From Mizuhopecten yessoensis (lineage: Eukaryota): 63,562 nucleotides of DNA. The stretch lies in assembly GCF_002113885.1 (NCBI RefSeq), contig NW_018407979.1:592226-655787 (forward strand). The letters are read 5' to 3'. The position numbers and the translations under genes were made by a program. Within the stretch, counting starts at the first letter, position 1. Every line of letters starts with the position of its first letter. The notes under the pieces were generated by a model, which was not told the origin of the DNA, did no database searches, and was given only the letters and a program-made list of their open reading frames with translations. Of this stretch, positions 1-13,516 are shown piece after piece.

Positions 1-1525
1 TCATTATATTATAGGAGCGGATATTGGCCTCACCCTCTCTCCCACTTTAGGACTAAAATTGCCTTAAGGAAGTATGTGTCCATTCCACTGCAAAACACCC
101 TCCCCCGACGTTCTCGCATCACGCTTAAGTGTACTTACCTACTGTTCCTGATTTCACAGCCAACACGGGCGGTTCACAAACATTTTTCTAATGAACTTCA
201 AAACTGAAACGTCATACTTAACAAGTCGTATTGACATACAAACTCATCCATGCCTATCGTCAGAGCGTCTCTCGTGTATACTAAATGTTCACGCAGTGTG
301 TGGAGTCACTCATCGGAACGTCTATGAAGATCGTCACTACCCATCGCCGCATATAACTCTAGCGTTAATAACAAATTGTAAAGATACAAACATCACGTTT
401 CAGGGTCGTTTAAATTACCAATAGTCATACGCTCAAGGTGGTATGTCTACAATGGGCCATACAGCTCTCTATTAATTTGATAACGAGCGCACGTTTACAC
501 CACTTAACTTACTTGGTTACGAGTATATTGTATTCTCTATTGATTTGAAGTTGTTTTTGCATCATAAAAATATACAAATTTAAAACTTATTAAAAGTGTC
601 ACGTAACAATTTTGCATAAAATTTGAAATGTACAAAGTAAGATCACCACCCAGCCTAATAAACCTACCACGCCTACAAGGCACCTATATTCAATTACCGC
701 TGTAATATTGATACGTCTACCTAATTCTACCTAAACGACCAATATATCATTGTATTAGTCGGATCTCTGTAAGGTAATTTACATATTTAAAAATGTAAAT
801 ACTTGTAGATGACAAAGTAACTGCTCCAAATCTGATGAAGACGTCACGAGGACCGGTGTATGTAGTGCCCATGTCATAAATCTTCCACGTTACGTCATTT
901 TCAATCGGATTCTATATCAAATAATGTTAATTATACTGTTCTCCTTTAGGTAATATTTATATAATTATCCGCTTCTTAGAAATATACATGAATGAGTAAA
1001 ATTGAAAAACATTCCTGGTGGTGTCTATCGGAAAGACGTCAGCATTGACTTAAGAGATGAAAAGTGATTTCTCAATAACAGGGCAACAGATAATTATATA
1101 ATTATAATACTAGGAAAAAATGTAATTCTCTGACAGCATGTAAACTCTTATGAAAACGGACTATCGAACAAAATCCTAAAAACTTATTTGAAAAAGCAAT
1201 TGACACAGAATCCAATTGGAAAATGACTCGCGAAAGATTTGAGACTAGCAGCACTCTGCACAACATGTGTTCCTGGAGGCCAAATCTTCGCAAACATCAT
1301 ATAATGCTTCCTCGTTGGAAGTGCTTGTAAGAGATTGCTTCTCAGGAACGAAGGTTTAAAGTCAAGGTCACTGTTACTACAAATAAACACTTAGTTTCCG
1401 CAGTGACGTATATACCCGATATAAGAAACGGCCTCTTTCCCTTACCGTAGCACATCCGTGTCGCTGATCAATTGGGATGGAATATAGTCCATTTATTTAT
1501 TGGTCTTTGGTTTCCGCACACTATG

Positions 1526-1624
1526 CACAGGGGCTCGGTTTTGGGTATTTGAGTAATATATGTGTTTGTACATATTATAAAACCTTATAAACCTTACTCA
1601 ATATCCCGAAACCGAGCCCCTGTG
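1526..1624. repeat. Inverted repeat with 31-bp arms (CACAGGGGCTCGGTTTTGGGTATTTGAGTAA / TTACTCAATATCCCGAAACCGAGCCCCTGTG) and an AT-rich spacer of about 37 bp. MITE-like.
   Basis: Reverse-complement identity. Confidence 0.6.
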
Positions 1625-3149
1625 ACAAAAACTTCAGTTGCCATGCACAGGTCAAACCCAAACGTCATATACTGCTTCATCACTGCTTCAGATTGGTTTT
1701 CAAGTCTTAAGATCAAAGGTCTGCGCCACTGTTATTATACTTGTAAATAGTAAACTGTTTTCTCCTCAGTAGCTCGATAACATTGAAAATGTATACACTG
1801 CTTCCTTAAGTGTTTGCGTATGACTGAGCTATTGATCAGAAACCATTTTTTACACGGTAATTGTGACCTTGACCTATATTTGCGGACCTGAAAAATGATC
1901 TATCGCTAACACTTTTTGTAAGGGAGCAGTGTATGAACTTTTGATGTTATCGATCTTGGTTAATTTCAGGAACGTTCCTTGACTTTTGTTTTGTTTTTGT
2001 TCTTTATTTTAAAGAAAAATGTGTTGGCGACTCGTCAAGGTTCAACAAGTCCCCTGAAAGAGGCTATGGTCGCTCTATATTTCAACCCATCATTTAAAAT
2101 ATTTCATGAAAAAAATTCATTCTGGAGTTGTCATTTGAATTTTTAACACACTTGAACGTTGTAATCTTGTAATAAGGTGATTTTTTTTGGCATTTTTGTG
2201 GAAAGTTTAAAGTCTCCATCTGTTGGTCAAAACGACTTATCACGGTGCATATTCCTATGTCATCCAATGCAGACTACTAAACAATTGACCACAGCTAGCT
2301 GTTCCCTTAGGGGTGTGACATAGGTCTCCCCTAAACAGTTTTCAAAAAATAAATATTACTATACACTTAATGCCCTGGTGTGAGGTAAACCTGAAGAGTT
2401 GTTCCCCGAGGGCGATATAACCGTGCATATTCGAATTTTGTCCACTGCAGGTTATGGAACACTTAACCATAACCGTGTTTCCACAGTTGTGCTGCTAGGC
2501 GTTTGATGTCACTCTCCCTTCACAGTTTTCCTACACATATGTTTAGGAGGAACACTCCCGATTCTGGACCCTTACAGTTAGTATTTTCAACAAGTGAGTT
2601 AGCTAAACTGTTCCTATACTCTCAAATGAAATGCTTTCATCTAACAGAACAACTTAATATGCCTCATTTTAAAGGGTTATTTTGTCTCTAGGGTGTATAC
2701 ACACATTTTATTTATGTTCTAATTTTGAGTATGCAGAATCTCCCGGTGGACATTTCAAAAAGTGGGCAAGTATGTGGACCCTATTGTCAATTAAGTTTTG
2801 TTATACATTTTACGATGTTTTATAAACCCCAAACTGCCTTCTGCTGAGAGCACTACTACATTCTGTAATGTGTTATTATAAGGAGCAGTATTGTGGGAGC
2901 TGATTCACATGACAGGGTCAGTAGATATACATATATATGATTTAATATTGCTGGTAACAAGCATTTTAATTGGCTTCAAAAATTATGTTATCAGCCCATA
3001 ACGTAAAAAATTACGTCGCCGTTTGTAACGTCGCTTTTGATTGGCTGATACAGCAGCGTAACAATTTCTAAGAGAAAAGAGTCCATCAATAAAAGTGGAT
3101 TTCCACAGGGATTGTGTATAGTAGATTAAATTATAAGGATTAACATGAA

Positions 3150-3270
3150 TATATTTTTCATGTTATGGAAATATAACACAAAAAACCCCGGAGTGTACTC
3201 TCGTCATAAACCGCTTCAGGGTTTATTTAGAGTACCCTCTGTTCTTGTGTTATATCTCCATAACATAAAA
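3150..3270. repeat. Nested palindrome (outer arms ATGTTATGGAAATATAACACAA / TTGTGTTATATCTCCATAACAT; inner arms GGAGTGTACTCT / AGAGTACCCTC)
   Basis: Reverse-complement arms. Confidence 0.5.
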
Positions 3271-3627
3271 AAGTATATTAAAGTTAATCCTTAAATAATT
3301 TCTTTCATCTTAAAATATCTTTCTTGATACTGGGTTCCTGTATGAATGATGTTTCAGTGGCTGTAAAGCATCTGTAAATAAAAATACACAAGAAGAACGC
3401 CATTTTGAGAATATGATATTTTTTAATGTTGACATGAATAATTAGAAGAATGTCTCCTCTTCTCTATACATAATGATAATGATGAGAATAAGGTCACTAC
3501 CTCATAATCTATTAACCAACACTGACCATTGTGAGGGATATCTTTACCTCCCACACACAGTACATACAATATGCTATGGCCTCAATAACTCCAGGTTTCC
3601 TCTGGGGCAGGGTAATACTATTATACT

Positions 3628-3718
3628 GAACTCATTTACCCCTAAAGACACATGTGAGCTCTTCCAATTCAAAGGTTGGAATAGTTCATTAAGCAATTTC
3701 AGGGGTGAATGAGTTAAT
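3628..3718. mobile_element. MITE family A copy (about 90-bp palindromic element with TIR CTCATTCACCCCTGAA and TTAA at both ends)
   Basis: Terminal inverted repeats. Recurs 10 times in the window. Confidence 0.7.
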
Positions 3719-4152
3719 CAAATTTTCATCAATAATGACATTTTCACAAAAAAACCCCACCAATTTGTGAGTTCTTGAAAAGACAATGATTATGTTTGTC
3801 CTTTGTCTAATCTCATGCCTGTGATTCGTCCCAGAAATAGCTTTACAGAACAAAATGTGATTTAAACACATGATGTAGTGAAACTCTGGTATGGTCAAAC
3901 AGAGACCTATAAAGCCATATAAATGAAGTATATTCGTCTCTGGGTCAAAAGAACAATAACTGACCATAGCAGACCGGTAATGTAATTTTACTTAGTCTAC
4001 AATTGTTATTTTCTGATTTACAGAAATTTATACCAAATAAAATGTTGACACTTTAGCAGAGACTTCCAATTCACACAGTCTTTGTGAGGGAGATGCAAGT
4101 CCACTAGGTCCACAAAATCAAGAATGTGCATACAAACATGAAAATCAGTTGG

Positions 4153-4243
4153 TTAACCCTTTCACCACTGTAGACCATAATGGACTTATCCAGATCAATG
4201 CATGGTAGAGTCTATTAAAGTTACATAGGGGTGAAAGGGTTAA
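4153..4243. mobile_element. MITE family B copy (piggyBac-like: TTAA|CCCTTTCACC...GGTGAAAGGG|TTAA, about 90 bp)
   Basis: CCC/GGG termini with TTAA flanks. 8 copies in the window. Confidence 0.7.
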
Positions 4244-4705
4244 ACCAAAGTCTGTGACAGTAACAAAAGTGAATTTCTGTTTGGAACATCATGACAACTA
4301 GAAACTGGAGCATGACTCTAGTGACTTCCTAATACATAATATCTATTTATGTTCTGGGGTACGAGAGTTATGCTTTAGATCCCTATGTTCATGATTCCCT
4401 GATCTGTCCAATAGACATGTACAAAGATAACGGCTAAATGAAGAAAATCTCCTAGATCCGAAAAAAACCAAAACAATTAAAAGTCATGTGATGTAGTTCT
4501 CCGGCCAATAAAAACTTGTGTAACATCAAGAATGGGACTGGAAACAATATTATTATGTTTAACAACAAGTCAATGGTACAATTCTATAAAAAAAACATTT
4601 CACTTGCTAACAATAAACATGATGAATTCAGCAAAATGACAATGGTTACATTATGTAAATAGTCAATCTGAAGAAATTTTCGATTCCATCAAAATGTCAA
4701 TGGTA

Positions 4706-4796
4706 AACTCATTCACCCTTGAATACACATTTGAACTCTTCCAAAATCAAATGTTGGAATAGTTCATTATGAAATTGAAGGGATAAATGACTTAAC
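4706..4796. mobile_element. MITE family A copy (degenerate)
   Basis: Alignment to the other family A copies. Confidence 0.55.
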
Positions 4797-4929
4797 AATA
4801 CTTGTCTGGCAATCATAACATGCATAGTAATATTTTGAACACCAACACAAGTCCAACAATAGAAATAAGATGGTTTCATTTTAGCTGCCGGACTTTAACT
4901 CCCCACGTGCGGCTAACAAGGTTGATGAT

Positions 4930-5650
4930 GTCTGGGTGCCCACACAAACGTACACATGCATGTGTGATTATGCAACATCACTATCGTACACATGCACATG
5001 TGATTTCATGGTATCACTGATGTACATTTAACAATGCATGTGTGGCATTTTCTGATGTCACTAACATGATCACAAGCATGTGATTTTTGTAATATCACTG
5101 AATTTTACACGCATGTATAGGAATTCGTGATATCACCGAAACTTGAGCTGCACGGTTGTAACATTGGTTGACAGAAACCCTTATGCAACTGACAGCAGTC
5201 GGAATACATTGGATGTTCTTTACCTGCAATGTGCCATCAATGCCACTCATATGCACGTGTATGAATTCTGTGACGACAATGACGTTCACATGCACGATGT
5301 ATGACTTCATGATGTCACGGAAGTTCCCATACACATATGTAATTTCATGTGTCGCTGACGTGCATGTGTCAGTTTTTGTGACCTCACTAAATTAAGGGAT
5401 ATCACTGAAGTTCACAACCTTGGGCGTGATTTTTTAATACATGTACATACATTACTGACCATCCTGTGCATGCATTGGAATTTGTGATATCACTCATACT
5501 TAAGCTGGCAGGCTGGAGTATTGATTGAAAAAATACCCCATGCATATCACAAAACTTATAATGTCACCATTGTATGATCTTTAACTGCCAAGTGCCATCA
5601 CCGAAATGCACATACAAGTGTGTGATTTGGTAATGTCACTGATGTTTACA
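4930..5650. repeat. Degenerate satellite-like block built from the motif CATGTGTGATT(T)...(G)TAATATCACTGA. It shows a higher-order duplication of about 330 bp (5100-5400 against 5440-5650).
   Basis: Recurring motif every 40-80 bp. Confidence 0.5.
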
Positions 5651-5903
5651 ATTATCAGTATGTATGTTGCAAATAAGAAAAGGAAACGAGTGTAATCAAG
5701 TGTTAAGTGTTACAGATCAACATAGAACTACCTCAGAATTAACAAAATGTCTTTGGTAATAATATTATAGCAGAATATTCACATAGAACAACTGTGATCC
5801 GGACCAAATAAGGCATTTAAAACATGATCTCAAACACAATTCTACTCGACTCCATCACTGACAAAAAAATAGCGCCTAGCTATTGCGAAACAGACCAGAA
5901 CAT

Positions 5904-5992
5904 TAACTCATTCACCCCTAAAGACACATTTGAACTCTTCCAATTCAAAGGTTGGAATAGTTCATTATGAAATTTCAGGGGTGAATGAGTAA
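5904..5992. mobile_element. MITE family A copy
   Basis: TTAACTCATTCACCCCT...AGGGGTGAATGAGT. Confidence 0.7.
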
Positions 5993-6195
5993 ATACCACA
6001 ACTAGAGTTTATATACACTAAAAAATGTCTCCGACAATACCTGACTGGCTAATACGACCATGAATTTCATGGATTTCAGTCACTTTTGCCAAAATGCCTG
6101 CTTTACAGGTTGTAACCAATGGTATTTTTTTCGGAGTGCCTCAGCTATATTGGAGATGAATCCAGGACCACAGACTAGGTCCAGTGCTCTGCAGA

Positions 6196-6306
6196 TTGAA
6201 CTAAAGAGCACTTCCCTCTGGCCGAGTCGGTAACAAGTGACTCGATGGTTCATTAGTCACTTCCCTCTGGCCGAGTCGGTAACAAGTGACTCGATGCTTC
6301 ATTAGT
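6196..6306. repeat. Two tandem copies of a 53-bp unit (CACTTCCCTCTGGCCGAGTCGGTAACAAGTGACTCGATG(G/C)TTCATTAGT)
   Basis: Direct duplication. Confidence 0.8.
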
Positions 6307-6673
6307 CACTTCTCCATCATTCGCTATAAACATTCTTCACATATTTTGATGTACAAACAACATAATCCACATCAAACATGACGCTTCAAAAACATATATA
6401 AAATTCACTGGTATCAATGTATGTATGCCAAACCAAAATCTACTGACCCTGTCATGTGAATCAGATCACTCAACTTGAACTTGTTACTCCAAAAAATAAT
6501 TCTGGGATAAACTATTTATTTCTAGTTGATGCTTTGACGTTTTGGTGTATCATTCAGAAAAATACTGAGACAAAATTGATTTCGACCTGATGCGAAATTG
6601 TGAGATTCTATGAGTCAAGAATAACTGAAGTTATGTTGAAAACACATGATGACCACTATATTGTAGCAGTATG

Positions 6674-6765
6674 TTAACTCTATCACCCCTGAAATTTCAT
6701 AATGAACTATTCCAACCTTTGAATGGGAGGAGTTCAAATGTGTCTTCAGGGGTGAATGAGTTAAC
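6674..6765. mobile_element. MITE family A copy (opposite internal orientation)
   Basis: TIRs with TTAA flanks. Confidence 0.7.
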
Positions 6766-7530
6766 GTTAGTTAGGCCTTAAATGACAACATGATAAGGTT
6801 TCAGGCAATACATACAATAAGTAAAATACTACATGAGTGTATACAATTTATATATAATATGGCAACAACAAGTGGTTTAAGGTCTTCTTGACCTCTGGCA
6901 TGGATTAGTTTGTGACTCACTTACAGAAATGACGGGATGATAATTACAGATCTATTGGAACAGCACACAAGTATTTACGGGATCATACTTTCTATATACA
7001 TGTATGTATAACTACTGTATAAATACAGCACTACTTCTGAGAAATAAAAGGGTTATAACAATGAAACAAATTGTGAAAAGCACTGAAGGAAAGAGAGAAA
7101 GAAAAACAAAATTACACACACAAACAAAGGTGAAAAAAGGATGAATAAAAACCAACAAAATAAACAAAAAGATGTTTTCGTGGAAATACTTTCACCTGTA
7201 ACTAAAGAAATCACCAGTCATATCAGAAAATATGTATAGTTAACAACAAACAATGAACGTTTGTAATTCAGACACTATTGAAAGAAAACCCAGAAGTGTG
7301 AGGTTGTACCACAGTAGACTTGTCATCCATCTTATTAGCGATTCATTTTAAATGAGTAATTTCTGTAATATGTGTTTTGATAATAATTTCTCTTGTCGTT
7401 TGAAAGGCATATAACAGATTTATACCTTTAATACAATTTCTGGTCATTTCTACAATGGATGACATAACCAATAACACAGTTGGATTTATGACTTTGCATA
7501 TAACTCTTCAAAATTAGAATTGGTTATTAG

Positions 7531-7880
7531 GAGGCACAGTAGTCAAGTGGTAGGAAGCTGGGCTCGTGACCGAAGGGTGAGGGTTCGAATTACAGCACGG
7601 CACTGTATTGTAACTTTGAGCAAGATACTTTACTCTGCTTGTTCCAGTCTACTCAGCTGTAAATGAGTACGTGGTTGGGCAGTGCTAGCAATGTTAAATG
7701 CTAGCTGTGAGCGCCGAAATGGCAGCTCCGGCTGTAGGCTACCAAGGGAATTGAGAAAGATATTGATTGCGAAGGCCCTATAACAAGGGATAATACTTTG
7801 TGAACCGCTTTGAGAAGACCTACGAACTATAGATTGTGATAAAGCGGTATATAAGAACCTCAAATTACTATTCTTAATTA
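7531..7880 (+). mobile_element. tRNA-derived SINE, full length (about 350 bp). tRNA-like head with A box TAGTCAAGTGG and B box GGTTCGAATTA. Conserved body ...CCGCTTTGAGAAGACC...GATAAAGCGGTATATAAGAACCTCAAATTA. (ATT)n-type tail.
   Basis: Pol III box motifs. Two more copies at 8945 and 44111 share 85-90% identity over the body. Confidence 0.6.
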
Positions 7881-8353
7881 TATGTTATTACTGGGAACAT
7901 GAGGAGCTGAGGAAACTTCTACAATATTTGATGTAATAAATGCCCTGGGCACATAACAATTCAACAAAGAAAGCATGATTGTAGAACCTTCTAGATGTCT
8001 CAAATACGGCCATAATAGATCAGTGAAAACTACCTAGTTTACTAGTCTGGGGTGTTCAGACCAGAAAAAGGATTGGGAGCGCTTCAGTAAGTAATGAGTT
8101 GCTTTTTATGAGGAAAACTATATCTTAAAGGTCTTTCCCGTCATCTATTGATTATTAATATTTTTTTCAAGAATGAAAAATGCAAGATCTGCAAATGCAA
8201 GAATGAATTAACATCTATTTATTTTCTATCTATCAGGATTTGGATAAGACATTGTGTTGCAGAAAAAATTGAAATTTTAATTCAAATAAGAGGTAATTTA
8301 TTATAAATATAACATATAGTAACAAATACACATGTAGGCTTTGTTCAGTTTTA

Positions 8354-8445
8354 TTAACTCATTCCCCCCTGAAAAATTATAATGTGCTATTCCAACCTTT
8401 GGGTTGGAAGAGTTCAAATATGTCTTCAGGGCTGAATGAGTTAAC
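8354..8445. mobile_element. MITE family A copy
   Basis: TIRs with TTAA flanks. Confidence 0.7.
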
Positions 8446-8944
8446 AAAAAAAGTGTTTTTTTATCGTTACAAACGAAAGCTAAGTTCTATTGACCACTTT
8501 TAAAAAGAAAAAAATCCTCTGAGGCATTTGTGAGTGGTGTATGCAAATAATGGTTTTGTTGAAAATAAAATTTTGTTCACAGAATAATAACATATCAACA
8601 TTCATAACAAGGTTTTGCATTTTGATCAGATTAAATATATTCAATATCGTATTTATATTAAGGTTTGTTGGCTTTTTGATTTGTTCACACTTCACATGAA
8701 CATATAAAATAATATGTAAACAGATAATTTTCAGGTAATCAAACTTTGTAAAATATGAAATATGTCTGCAAAAAAAAAAAAAGGTGCAGACCTTTATACG
8801 GCAGCGTGATGTCATTATGTGATATTTCAGGTAAGATCCTAAGTCAGTTCAGTCTAATGATAATTCTTCAAAAGCTTTGTGCATCAGACACAAACTTGGG
8901 GCGAGTGATTTGGTTAAAAATCTTCAATATCTACATAATATAGC

Positions 8945-9092
8945 AGGGAGTTAAGAAAGTTATTGACTGATTGCAAAGGCCCTATAACCACGGATAATAA
9001 TTTGTGAACTGCTTTGAGACGACCTACAAACTAGGTTGTGATAAAGCAGTATATAAGAACCTCAAATTATTATTATTATTTTTTTTTTTTTG
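8945..9092 (+). mobile_element. SINE 3' fragment (body plus ATTATTATTATT/T-rich tail)
   Basis: Alignment with 7740-7880 and 44270-44410. Confidence 0.55.
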
Positions 9093-10985
9093 CATCGCTT
9101 AAGCAAATAAAACAGTGTGTCTTTCAATAATCACTGTTATTGAAAACACTATCTTATAAAGTTTTATAGAACATTCATTGGACAGAGAGGCAAATGGAGT
9201 GTAGAGGTTCCTTACCAGGGAAAAAACGCTGTGTTAGTTGGAGATATGGCCATAACCTATTAGAATGTCATGAAAATGGGAGATAACTCATGTTACCTTT
9301 CTTGGAAATACTGTGCAATACGGATAAAAAATGGTTTCTTACCTAAAATCTATTGTTAATTGCTGACATTTTAAGACATTCAAATATTATACATGTAACA
9401 AATACATTTATTTTGATAATCTGCCAAGCCGACACTTTAAACGAAGGAAACATAAATATTGACCTGTGAAAATCAAACAGTGACACGGAAATGATATGGT
9501 TTTCTACACTTTCAATTGAACAAATAGCTGAAATAATGGGAAATTAAATAACAAATAAAGCACTTGAAGTAATAGTAGAAATAAAATTCAGCAAGAAAAA
9601 GAAGAATTATTTACATTAAATGAACTTCAATTATCTACTCTAAACAATTTGTGAATAACACAAGGTCTAATGTCAGCTAAATACAAATTCAACAGGTTTA
9701 TGCTTCAATTCTGCAAAATCTCAAGAACTCTTTCTTTAACTGGTTTTATATATGGTCAGAACTATTACTACACCTTTCCAATTTAGAGCCAGCTGTCCAC
9801 CAAAGAGAATATTTTAACAGACTGATAAGAAATTTCAGGGGCAATGGCTGCTTAAAGAGATAGATTGAGATACCTGCACGTACTAGAAGCAGGCAGCATG
9901 TCCTCAAGTGAAATTTTAGAACACCAATGGAAAATTAAAATGCTTAAAAAGAGATGATACGCCTAAATCCCATTTCTAGAGGTGCAAAATTATCATAAGG
10001 AGGTGCCTGCTGGCCCCAAAGGAACTGTTTTGGGGGTCCATGGCTCCTAAATAAAGAGTTTATTTGAGACCTGAAGTAATCAAATCTTCTGAGACTTACA
10101 GGGTACATACTGGTACAGATATAAGTCCTTTTCAGAGACCATATTTATTATTCCAGAAAATGTAACCCATTTCGGATTCAAATCGTATCAGATTCCTAAC
10201 ATGTCAAATTATACACCTGTACCAACCTTAGAGAAAACTAAAATTGCCCTTATTAAACTTTGAACCGTATACTTTAAATCCGTTTTTAATTTCCATGTTG
10301 TTTCAGATATAAGGCTGTGCACTTATGTTTTTTTTACGAGTGATGAATTATTTTGTACACCTTGCCATTTAACTTACAACATACAATATACATTATAGAG
10401 AGTGTTAATGATACACATGCTGTTCATCAAAATGTGACGTCTAGTAATATGTCATCAAGTGGAATACATTGTAATACTTTTGGTTAAACAAGAGGAAACT
10501 CCATGGTTAAACCACATTTACATACAATAAAACACAAAAAATGACATTAGCTCTTTTGTCCATGCTTTTCACAATGACATGAACGTTCATGAAAACTAAT
10601 ACAACTTTTTTGATTTCTTTACCCGACATGATCATGTTCATCATAATCATAACTAAACAAAACAAACCCAGAAAAACAAAAAACAAACGTAGATTAAATC
10701 TGGAAACATCATTCAATACTAACACATATCTACAACCTAAACAAAACCTGTTTTATAAATACTGACAATCAAATCATGTTCAATCAAATCATGTTCCCTC
10801 AGGTGAGATTCCATCAATTCTAATTCTGCAAAATTGGCATAAGCTCTAGATCTACACCAACAAACACCGTTTTGACAATATTACATGTTTCACACTGTTT
10901 GCAAAACAAATGGGTCAAATTGACAACTTTCATTTTACTTGAAGGATTTCTGATAAACATAACAAAATGATGTCAATCAATTCTC

Positions 10986-11794
10986 TCACATTTGCTGAAG
11001 GCTGTTGCCAAATCTATGAATATAGTCCGTGAACTGTTTCCTTGTCAGCATGTCCATGTTCAGGGTTCGGACCCCGAAGTTTGACAGGATTGTGTCCAGA
11101 TCGTCCAGACTAGACTGGAATGTGTCGTGGAGCTTGACCTGACTGGCCCCTAGACTGGCTACCAGAGGGGTCAGGGGGTTGGAGAAGGGTTTACATATCC
11201 GTAATTTGCTGGATGCCACCGGCTTATCAGCAGGACAGACGGTCTTTGTAACCCTATCCTCCTCGTTGTCTGACTGAGTGGAGAAATGAGACAGCGTTAC
11301 TTTATGAGGCTGCACAGACAGAACACCAATGTTTACATCCTTAGCAACCCCACTCTCTTTTAACGACTTGTCTTTGATAGGAAGTTCTTCGTGTTGATTT
11401 TTAGTGTCAAGACAGTTATCTCCCTTTTTTGTTTCTTCTCCTCTTAAACTGACATCCTCCTTGTCTTCTGAAGCAGGGTCATTATTCCACTTGATGATTC
11501 TCTGCACACGCTCCTTGTCTGAAAACATCTCCTTCTTGCCATTACCCAGCTCAGATTTTAAGGGTTTTCCCTTGTCAGTTAATTTCATAAGAGATTTGTC
11601 CCCAAGAAAGTCCATCACAGTGGTGTCCTTGGTAAATTCCATGAGACACGCTGGGTGATTTGTGTGCTTATCGTAACAGTGTAAATGGAGCTGGTGACGC
11701 AGTGGGGCAGCATAGAAACAGTATACACAGCTGAAGCCAACCTCCAATGCCTCCATCTTTCTTGGATGTAATGTATAGGATGTGGACGATTTTT
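10986..11794 (-). CDS. Probable 3'-terminal coding exon of the same zinc-finger gene. It encodes a further C2H2 finger (FSCVYCFYAAPLRHQLHLHCYDKH) and a Lys/Glu/Asp-rich tail. Stop at 10986-10988.
   Basis: Acceptor ttgtttttgcag|CAG (NAGNAG) at about 11795-11797 on the minus strand. The 266-codon open frame lies downstream of the big exon on the same strand. The exon phase does not match a direct join to 13944, so an intervening exon is expected. Confidence 0.5.
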
Positions 11795-12178
11795 CTGCTG
11801 CAAAAACAATGAATGTACTTTAAAAATAAAATATGAAAAGTGCTGTTGTTTTTGGACTTATTGCACATTTTTACTTCAGATTACATGCTACCTAACACAT
11901 GTACAAATTTATCTCCCTTATTTAGAAAAACAAACAAATTTGTAGAATATATATCCCTCACTTTCATGCAATTTTGTAGCTCTGGACAATGGTTGAGATG
12001 TTCATACTTATTGTACATTTTGCATATACTCTAAAACATGAATTAACAATTAAGCTGACATTTTTAGGGGCATTTACTTCATAGAAAGATGGAAACCAGT
12101 AAACAATCAGAATTTGATAGCCTTATTAATGATACACAACATGCATACATGACATTAGGGATCAACCTTATCATGTGA

Positions 12179-12272
12179 CTTAACCCTTTCATCCCTAGGT
12201 AACCTTAGTAGACTCTACCATACAATTATCTGGATGAGTCCATTTTGGTCCACAGTGGTGAAAGCTGGGTTA
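12179..12272. mobile_element. MITE family B copy (degenerate 3' end)
   Basis: Alignment to the family B consensus. Confidence 0.55.
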
Positions 12273-12292
12273 TGCTTGCCACTTTGTGTGTG

Positions 12293-12374
12293 AACTCATT
12301 CACCCCTGAATACACTCTTCCAATTTAAAGGTTGGAATAGTTCATTATGAAATTTCAGGGGTGAAATAGTTAAT
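12293..12374. mobile_element. MITE family A copy, lying 20 bp from a family B copy (composite insertion site)
   Basis: TIRs. Confidence 0.6.
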
Positions 12375-13314
12375 ACTCAACAAATCAGAATCAAGTACAT
12401 CATGTAGACTTATTACTGTATACGAGGAAACATTCACCCAAATTTTCACACTTGCTGGTAAAATCCATTTTTGCCAAATGTCAGTTTCCCCCTTCACATT
12501 TGAGTATTGTGTTGATACTATCGCTTACTTCTGTTCGATGTAATGATAAATTCGCCCTCATTACGGAGGGTGAAAAAGGCAAAACTTAAACTGAGGCGAA
12601 AATTTCCCGCTATACAGTAATTAATACCTATAGAAATTAGCTTGAGACTCGTAATCATTTATGTGTGTACCAAATTTGGTTCAAATCAAAGCATTTCTGG
12701 GCAGTTACTAAAGTGTATACAGATCTAAACAGATGGACACATCTAAACTAGTACATAATATCCCACTAAACTTGGAATAATAAAAAAAAATACTTTGAAC
12801 AATCGATGCATATTTACATACTATCCATATGGGTATGAAATCATCTTGCCACAAAATACATTTTGAAAAAAGTTATGTATAAATTACAGTACACCTACTC
12901 TTCTGTTCATTAAATTAACTGTATATCTACTGACAAGCATCCTCGAAACTCCAGCAGTTACGTTCTCATACTCTCTGCATCCCTATAGAATACTGTATGT
13001 CATGACGAAACTGAAGGCTCTGTAAGTGCCACGTTATACTTTGTGGATGATCCGATCCCTTGATGTACATGAATCTAAAGAATCTCTAGCGACATTACAA
13101 TTAAACTGATTGGTTTTGAAGTTGGGTGTTGCTCCTCGATAATCTTCAAAGGACAAGTATCGGTCTAGCAATGGGTCATTTTTTTTACCTGAAACTTATC
13201 AACTAGCTAACCATGTGCCTTCCGTTTGTCGTGACATTTTCCTGGGGTGCACAGAACACAAGTGAGCATGACCCCCTATAATTCCGAGGATGACTTTCAG
13301 GTTGATTTAAGTCT

Positions 13315-13516
13315 TGGGGACTGTTTGTTTATGCGGATCAACTGTTTCGTCTGTTTTTAAATGTAAATTTTCAGGTGTAAATCCTGGCCGACCTGCAAAA
13401 GTTTATGCTGGCCTTGCAAGGCTTTGTGAAGGTTGGCCAGTATCGGACCTTATTTCATAAACAAACAACTCTGGTCCGACTGTTTCAACCTTGATCGCGA
13501 TAAACGAAAACGGCCC
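13315..13516 (-). repeat. Interspersed repeat family F (about 210 bp; GGCCGTTTTCGTTTA...TGCTTTCAGGCGAGCC...GCAGGTCCGCCAG...)
   Basis: Three copies (13315-13516 reverse, 26003-26216, 38931-39150) with about 75-80% identity. Confidence 0.5.
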
